A model generated the notes under the pieces. That model saw only the letters and a program-made list of their open reading frames with translations. It did no database searches and was not told the origin of the DNA. From contig OZ241875.1 in assembly GCA_965203325.1 (NCBI GenBank), forward strand, positions 4,000,001 through 4,064,000: a DNA stretch of 64,000 bases. The letters run 5' to 3'. This stretch comes from a bacterium. Its GTDB lineage: Bacteria; UBA8248. Below, piece after piece: positions 57,930 through 64,000 of the stretch; the first letter of the stretch is position 1; each line of letters starts with the position of its first letter. The translations under genes and the position numbers were made by a program.

Positions 57930-58949
57930 TTGATTATCGTGATGAAACAAGGCGCGACGGATGAGGAAATCCAGAACGCCATCGGCAGGATCAACGAACT
58001 CGGCTACAAGGAGCACGTCATCAAAGGGGTGGAGCGTACGGTGATCGGGGCCATCGGGGATGAACGGGGGAAATACATGCTGGAATCACTTGTTTCGTTG
58101 AATGGGGTGGAAAGCGCGATGCCCATTCTCAAGCCCTTCAAACTGGCGAGCGCGGAGGGAAGGCCCGAGCGCAGCCAGTTGCCGATGGGCGAGGGAGTGG
58201 AAATCGGCGGAGATCAACTCATCATCGTCGGCGGGCCGTGCTCGGTGGAGAGCAGGGAGCAGATCATGGAATCCGCCGAAGTGGTAAAGGAGGGCGGCGG
58301 CCACGTCTTAAGGGGCGGCGCCTACAAGCCGCGCACCTCGCCGTACAGTTTCCAGGGCATGGCGGAAGAGGGGCTCGCACTCCTCGCCGAGGCGCGCGAA
58401 AAGACGGGCCTTCCCATCCAGACGGAGGTCATGGACTCCGAAGACATCGACGTGTGCTGTGAATATGCGGACGTGCTGCAAATCGGCGCGCGCAACGTGC
58501 AGAACTTCTCGTTGCTGAAAAAAGTCGGCAAGACGAACAAGACCATTTTCCTGAAGCGCGGCATGTCCACGACGATTGAGGAGTTCCTGATGTCGGCCGA
58601 ATACATCATGAGCCAGGGGAACCCGAACGTCGTGCTGTGCGAGCGGGGGATACGCACCTTCGAGACGGCCACGCGCAACACGCTGGACATCAGCGCCGTG
58701 CCGGTGCTCAAGGAGCAGACGCATTTGCCGGTCGTGGTGGACCCGAGCCACGCGGCGGGCGCCTGGCGGTTCGTCGCGCCCCTGGCGAAGGCGGCCGTGG
58801 CCGTCGGGGCGGACGGCCTGATGCTGGAGATGCACCCCGAACCCGAGAGGGCGATGAGCGACGGACCGCAGTCGCTCAAACCCGAGAAGTTCGCCGCCCT
58901 CGTCGAGGAACTCAAGGTTTTCGCAGAGGCCGCCGGAAGAACGCTGTAG
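57930..58949 (+). CDS. aroF: DAHP synthase type I-beta with N-terminal regulatory domain
   Basis: [48 protein letters not shown] start after AGGAG. Confidence 0.93.
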   Translation: MIIVMKQGATDEEIQNAIGRINELGYKEHVIKGVERTVIGAIGDERGKYMLESLVSLNGVESAMPILKPFKLASAEGRPERSQLPMGEGVEIGGDQLIIVGGPCSVESREQIMESAEVVKEGGGHVLRGGAYKPRTSPYSFQGMAEEGLALLAEAREKTGLPIQTEVMDSEDIDVCCEYADVLQIGARNVQNFSLLKKVGKTNKTIFLKRGMSTTIEEFLMSAEYIMSQGNPNVVLCERGIRTFETATRNTLDISAVPVLKEQTHLPVVVDPSHAAGAWRFVAPLAKAAVAVGADGLMLEMHPEPERAMSDGPQSLKPEKFAALVEELKVFAEAAGRTL

Positions 58950-58950
58950 C

Positions 58951-59820
58951 ATGTCCGTTCTTTTCGTGTTCGTGGACGGCCTGGGAATCGCCCCGCCTGC
59001 GCCGGGAAATCCACTCTCCCGCGTGAGGGAACCCCCGCTGGGGCTTTTATGTGGAAACGCGGCGCCGGGTTTCCGCCTCATCGAGGCGGACGCCTGCCTC
59101 GGCGTCGAGGGTATCCCCCAGAGCGCAACGGGCGGCACGGCCTTGTTCACGGGCGTGAACGCGCCCAAGGCGGTGGGCAGGCACGTCCAGGCCCTTCCGA
59201 ATACGCAACTACGCCGCATCATCTGCCAAAACGGACTCTTGCGGCGCGCACGCGAGAGAGGTGCGGCCGTCGGGTTCGCCAACACGTATACGCCTCGTTT
59301 TTTCATGCGCCGCAGAAACCGCATCCGCTCGGTGACCACGGTGATGGCCGAGAGCGCGGGAATGCGGCTGAACCGCCTCGAGGATCTCATCAAGGGAAGG
59401 GCCGTTTACCGCGACTACACGAACAAGATTATCGTCGAGCAAGGCCATGATGTCGCGACGTTGGACCCCGAGGAGGCGGGCGAACGCCTCGGAAAGCTGG
59501 CGCGAACCAAGGATTTGCTGGTCTATGAGTTTTTTCAGACCGATCACGTCGGACACCGCGGAACCGAGGAGGAGGCATTTGAGGTTCTGGCGGGCTTGAA
59601 CCGCTTCCTGCAGGCCGCGCTCCGGCACGTCGACCCGGCCGAGGATACGTTCGTTCTGAGCAGCGACCACGGCAACGTGGAGGATATGGAAACCTCCGCG
59701 CACACCAGAAATCCCGTACCCATATTGTTCTACGGGAAGGGTGCGGACACCTTGCTGTCGGATGCCGTGAATCCGAGCATCTGCCATGTAACGCCCCTGA
59801 TTCTCAGCATGATTTCGTAA
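58951..59820 (+). CDS. Alkaline-phosphatase-superfamily metalloenzyme (phosphoglycerate mutase/phosphopentomutase-like)
   Basis: FVDGLG, PQSATG, TDHVGH, SDHGNVED, HTRNPVP. Confidence 0.8.
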   Translation: MSVLFVFVDGLGIAPPAPGNPLSRVREPPLGLLCGNAAPGFRLIEADACLGVEGIPQSATGGTALFTGVNAPKAVGRHVQALPNTQLRRIICQNGLLRRARERGAAVGFANTYTPRFFMRRRNRIRSVTTVMAESAGMRLNRLEDLIKGRAVYRDYTNKIIVEQGHDVATLDPEEAGERLGKLARTKDLLVYEFFQTDHVGHRGTEEEAFEVLAGLNRFLQAALRHVDPAEDTFVLSSDHGNVEDMETSAHTRNPVPILFYGKGADTLLSDAVNPSICHVTPLILSMIS

Positions 59821-59982
59821 ATTTTTCGCAAAGATTGCCTGCTGTTTCACTCAAAGGTGGTATCCGCCCGGAAAGAGGCGGTTCCCGCTTTTCAAACATT
59901 GACTTTCGACCCGGTTATGAAATAGACTCGATCCGCATAATTCGGGTCGTTTTTGTAATATTTTGGCGAAATGGGGCGCAGG

Positions 59983-61194
59983 ATGGAGAATCTCGACCCG
60001 ACACTGATGGCGCGAATCCAAAAAGACGGCGTAGGGCCCTTCTTGCGATCTGCGCGTGAGAAAAAAGGCGTACCTCTCCGCGCGATCTCCGAGCACACCC
60101 GAATCCGAACATACTATCTGGAAAGTATTGAAAACGGCGATTTCGATAAATTGCCGACCGGACCGGTCGGTCTGGGCTTCGTTCGCGCTTTTGCGGATGC
60201 GGTGGAGGTGGACTGCCAGTCCGTCGCCGCGAGCTATAAGCGTGAAATGGCGGGCGAGGTTCCATTGGAGGGATTTGGGCTGGAGACCGAGACCCGAACC
60301 TTCTACAGCCCCGCTTCCCGGGTGAATCGATTCTCATCCGTCGCCACCTTTGCTTTCGTGTTGATTTTTCTGCTCGCCGGCGGGGGGCTCCTCTGGTTCA
60401 TGAAAGGGAGGACGGAGCAGCTTGTTCCGGTTGAATCGATTGTGGGCAGAATCAAGACCGCTGTTGCGCCCGTGGCGGAGAAGATCCCCGGCCTCAATGA
60501 AAAAGCAAAGGATGAAAATGGAACAGGGAAAGAAACCGCCGTTATCGAGAAGGAGGCTTCCGGGCAGGAGCGCTCTCCCGTCGAGGCCGTGAACCTGAAG
60601 GAGTCTCCGGTTTCAGGGGAGGGGGAAAAACCTTCTCCGGCTCAAGATGGTCTCCCGGTCCAGGAGAATTCTGTGGCTGAACAGACTCCTGCCGATCAAG
60701 AGGACCCACCGGCCCGGGCGCAGGAAAGTCCACCGGTTCAAGCGAGCGTCCAGCTTCAGGAGACTCCCCCGGTTCGTGAGAACCCATCGCCTCCGGAGAA
60801 TCCACCGGTTTCGGGAACCCCGCCGGCTCAGGCGAACCCTCCGGCCGAGCAGAAAGTCGCCCTCAACACGGCGCCGCAGGCTCAAGACACGCCCCAGGAG
60901 GAACAGCCCTCCGAGGCTCCGGCACCGGCGACTCCCGGGGAGCCCCCCATGACACTCAGGATTTTTGCGGCGGAAGACACGTGGCTTCGAATCGTGGTCG
61001 ATGCGAAAAATACGGAAGAACTCCTTTTGCTGGCGGGCAACGAGAAAGATTGGAAGGCGTCGGAAAAATTCGCCCTTACGGTGGGCAACGTGGCGGGAAC
61101 TCAGGTATCCTTGAACGGTGCGGAGGTCGCGTTGCCCCAAAATACTTCCAACGTGCTCAGGGATTTCGTCCTTACCAGGAATTCTTTGAATTAA
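59983..61194 (+). CDS. rodZ: RodZ-like protein (HTH, TM, Pro-rich linker, DUF4115)
   Basis: [27 protein letters not shown]; single [17 protein letters not shown]. Confidence 0.8.
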   Translation: MENLDPTLMARIQKDGVGPFLRSAREKKGVPLRAISEHTRIRTYYLESIENGDFDKLPTGPVGLGFVRAFADAVEVDCQSVAASYKREMAGEVPLEGFGLETETRTFYSPASRVNRFSSVATFAFVLIFLLAGGGLLWFMKGRTEQLVPVESIVGRIKTAVAPVAEKIPGLNEKAKDENGTGKETAVIEKEASGQERSPVEAVNLKESPVSGEGEKPSPAQDGLPVQENSVAEQTPADQEDPPARAQESPPVQASVQLQETPPVRENPSPPENPPVSGTPPAQANPPAEQKVALNTAPQAQDTPQEEQPSEAPAPATPGEPPMTLRIFAAEDTWLRIVVDAKNTEELLLLAGNEKDWKASEKFALTVGNVAGTQVSLNGAEVALPQNTSNVLRDFVLTRNSLN

Positions 61195-61285
61195 GGGTTT
61201 ATCTGAAAGTTTACATGCCGTACGTGACGCTCCGACTCATTGCATCGCCTCATGCGCATCGAGCAGAAACCAGAAATTTCACATC

Positions 61286-64000
61286 ATGAATGAATCCTTT
61301 TTATCGCTTCGGGGTCTCGACGGGGTCAGGCGGGTTCACTTGCGCGGCGCGAACGATGCGTCGGTCGCCTGGTGGCTGGCCAGGATTGCGCGCGAACACC
61401 CCGGACCCGTCGTTTACGTCGAGGAGGAGCAGCGACGCCTCGAAGTGATCAAAGCGAACATGAAGCTGTTCCTCGGCGCCTCGGGGGAGCGAAATGCGCC
61501 GGTCCTGGGTTTCCCGGCATGGGACGTGTATCCCTTCTCCCGGTTGTCTCCATCGAGTGAAATTGTCGGCGAGAGGATGTCCGCGCTGCGGTTTTTGCGC
61601 GACGGAGGACGAGGCGTCGTACTGACGAGCGTATCGGCCATGGGGACGAGGGTGCCTCCGCCCGAGCGTTTGGGCGCCGCTGTGATTCACTTGCGCGAAG
61701 GGATGGAGATCGAGCGCGACCCGTTCATCGGCTCGCTCGAATCGTTGATGTACCAAAGGCGGTCGGTGGTCGAATCCCCCGGAGAATATACCGTAAGGGG
61801 CGGTATTCTGGACTTTTTCTCCCCCCAGAACGCATACCCGACGCGCCTGGAGCTTCGCGGGGACGAAATCGATTCCCTGCGATACTTCCATCCCCAGACG
61901 CAGCGAAATCTGAACACCTTGCAAAGTGCGGACGTTTTTCCATCGAGAGAGATTGTTCTCTCGCCCGAGGAGGTGGAGAGGGGCCGCCGCGCCCTTTTGG
62001 AAGCCGATACGCCGGAAACGAGCGAGCGGGTCGAGCGCCTTCTCGAATACCTCGATGCGGACGGGCATTTTTCGGGGATGGAGGGGCTCGCGCCCATGTT
62101 CTTGTCCGACATGACGACCTTGTTCGACGTGTCGCCCGGGAGCGCGCTCTGGATTGTGAACGAAGCGGGAAACCTCGACGAAGCGATCGGGAAGCTGTGG
62201 GGCGAAGTGAACGAGGAGGCGCGTCTCGCGCCCGAGAGGGGTCTCGTTTCCTTCGCGCCCGAGCGTTTGTGGCTCGCGCCCGGGGAAATTCGCGAGGAAC
62301 TCTCCATCTGGCCGCGTCTGGAGTTCCATTCGCTGGGGCTCGACGCCGAAGATGCCGAAGCGGGTTTCGGGGCCTTGCGCGCGGAAAACATCAACCCTTT
62401 CCGGGGGCGGGTGGAGGCGTTCGTCGGTCAACTGCGCTCGTGGCGGCGGGGTGATGAAAGCGTCGTCATCGTGGCGGAGGAGAAGACCCTCGCGCTCAGG
62501 ATACAGGCGCTTTTGCGCGAGCATGAGGTGGGCGTGGAAATTTTGCCCCGAGGGGCCTCGCTCATGGATGGGCGTCACGACGTCGTTCTGGCGGAGGGGA
62601 AACTCGGCGCCGGCTTCCGGCTGCCCGATGAGCGCAGGGTGTTCTTTCGCGCGCAGGACCTGCTCGTCGGCGCTTTGGGGCGGGATTCGCGCCGTCTCCC
62701 CCGGTCGAAGCCCGGCGAGGGGTTCAAGGATTTGAGCGAAAACGACCTCGTGGTGCACGTGGAGCACGGCGTCGGCCGCTACATGGGCACGCGCGTCATC
62801 GAGCACCGCGACGGGGAGAACGAATTTCTCACCCTCCAGTATGCGGGGGGCGACAAGCTCTACGTCCCGATGGACGACGTCGAGCGCATTCACAAATATC
62901 GCGGAGGGGGAGTGGCGCCGCCGCTCGACAGGTTGGGCGGGAACCGGTGGAACAAGACGAAGAACAACGTCAAGAAATCGCTCCAGGGGATCGCTCGCGA
63001 TCTGGTGCGGCTGTATTCGGAGCGGAGCGCCGCCCGGGGGTATGCCTTTTCGGCGGAAGGCGCGTTCGATCATGAAATATCCGCCGGCTTCGGGTTCGAG
63101 GAGACGCCCGATCAGGAACAGGCGATTCGCGCCGTGCTGGAGGATATGGAGCGCGCCCGACCGATGGATCGCCTCATCTGCGGGGACGTCGGCTACGGAA
63201 AGACGGAGGTGGCGCTCAGGGCCGCCGCCCGGGCGATTTCGGCGGGCAAGCAGGTCGCCGTCATCGTGCCGACGACGCTCCTGGCGCACCAGCATTGGGA
63301 CACCTTTCGCACGCGCTTCGAATCGCTGCCGGCCCACGTGGAGATGCTCTCGCGCTTCAGGAGCAGAAAAGAGCAGACTGAAGTTGTGGAAGGGCTCTCC
63401 GCCGGGCGGGTGGACATCGTCATCGGCACCCACCGGATGTTGCAAAAAGACGTGTCGTTCCGCGATCTGGGGCTTTTGGTCATCGACGAAGAGCATCGTT
63501 TCGGCGTCTCCCACAAGGAGAAGCTCAAGAAGCTCCGCGTCAACGTGGACGTTCTCACGCTCACCGCCACGCCCATCCCCCGGACCCTGGAGATGGCGCT
63601 CTCGGGCACTCGCGATTTGAGCGTTATCGAGACGCCTCCGCGCCACCGGGTCGCGCCGCGCACGTATATATCGCGTTTCAGCGAAAAACTCATCAAGGAC
63701 GCCGTCACCAAGGAAATCGACCGGGGCGGGCAGGTGTTTTTCGTGCACAACCGGGTGCAGAGCCTCCCCGCCATGCAGCGGCTTCTGCGGAAACTCGCGC
63801 CCGACGCGCGCGTCCTGGTGGGTCACGGCCAGATGAAAGAGAGAGAACTCGAAGACGTGATGGAGCAGTTCGTGACCCGGCGGGCCGACGTGCTGCTGTG
63901 CACCACGATCATCGAAAGCGGTCTCGACATTCCCTCGGTCAACACCATCGTCATCAACCGCGCGGACACGTTCGGCATGGCGCAGCTATACCAGTTGCGC
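61286..64000 (+). CDS. mfd: Transcription-repair coupling factor (runs off window end)
   Basis: Hand translation from ATG 61286: [70 protein letters not shown]; absent from the ORF track because there is no stop in the window. Confidence 0.95.
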   Translation, partial: MNESFLSLRGLDGVRRVHLRGANDASVAWWLARIAREHPGPVVYVEEEQRRLEVIKANMKLFLGASGERNAPVLGFPAWDVYPFSRLSPSSEIVGERMSALRFLRDGGRGVVLTSVSAMGTRVPPPERLGAAVIHLREGMEIERDPFIGSLESLMYQRRSVVESPGEYTVRGGILDFFSPQNAYPTRLELRGDEIDSLRYFHPQTQRNLNTLQSADVFPSREIVLSPEEVERGRRALLEADTPETSERVERLLEYLDADGHFSGMEGLAPMFLSDMTTLFDVSPGSALWIVNEAGNLDEAIGKLWGEVNEEARLAPERGLVSFAPERLWLAPGEIREELSIWPRLEFHSLGLDAEDAEAGFGALRAENINPFRGRVEAFVGQLRSWRRGDESVVIVAEEKTLALRIQALLREHEVGVEILPRGASLMDGRHDVVLAEGKLGAGFRLPDERRVFFRAQDLLVGALGRDSRRLPRSKPGEGFKDLSENDLVVHVEHGVGRYMGTRVIEHRDGENEFLTLQYAGGDKLYVPMDDVERIHKYRGGGVAPPLDRLGGNRWNKTKNNVKKSLQGIARDLVRLYSERSAARGYAFSAEGAFDHEISAGFGFEETPDQEQAIRAVLEDMERARPMDRLICGDVGYGKTEVALRAAARAISAGKQVAVIVPTTLLAHQHWDTFRTRFESLPAHVEMLSRFRSRKEQTEVVEGLSAGRVDIVIGTHRMLQKDVSFRDLGLLVIDEEHRFGVSHKEKLKKLRVNVDVLTLTATPIPRTLEMALSGTRDLSVIETPPRHRVAPRTYISRFSEKLIKDAVTKEIDRGGQVFFVHNRVQSLPAMQRLLRKLAPDARVLVGHGQMKERELEDVMEQFVTRRADVLLCTTIIESGLDIPSVNTIVINRADTFGMAQLYQLR

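Noticed and set aside
60560..60950. Pro/Gln/Glu-rich quasi-repeats
   Set aside because: Ordinary low-complexity linker of a RodZ-like protein.
1..64000. rRNA, tRNA, prophage, intact transposase or reverse transcriptase
   Set aside because: None recognised; without a reverse transcriptase there is no support for a DGR or retron acting on the lipoprotein.

Overview
GC-rich bacterial chromosomal window of mostly accessory catabolic genes, ending in housekeeping genes (pyrR, cca, aroF, rodZ-like, mfd). In order: (1) an aconitase/citrate synthase/TRAP-TAXI operon; (2) a cyclic-amide catabolic island with an AtzD-type ring-opening amidohydrolase, carbamate kinase, FdrA/YlbE (AllF/AllG-like), a cyclase and a BMP-type ABC transporter; (3) a 949-aa TbpB-like surface lipoprotein; (4) a RidA-yqeB-AAA-VWA-yqeC-xdhC molybdoenzyme/selenium maturation operon; (5) a UGSC selenoprotein split by the ORF caller, with a SECIS-like hairpin; (6) a RelE toxin-antitoxin pair. 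Intergenic DNA is full of REP/MITE-like repeats of several families. The most unusual element is the ~830-nt leader of the lipoprotein gene (28.5-29.4 kb). It is an array of four ~65-nt hairpin units, each holding a copy of the gene's own ribosome-binding region, a tiny ORF reading ...P-x-P-V-S, and a 3' arm complementary to the gene's RBS. Product calls come from motif recognition only; no searches were run.
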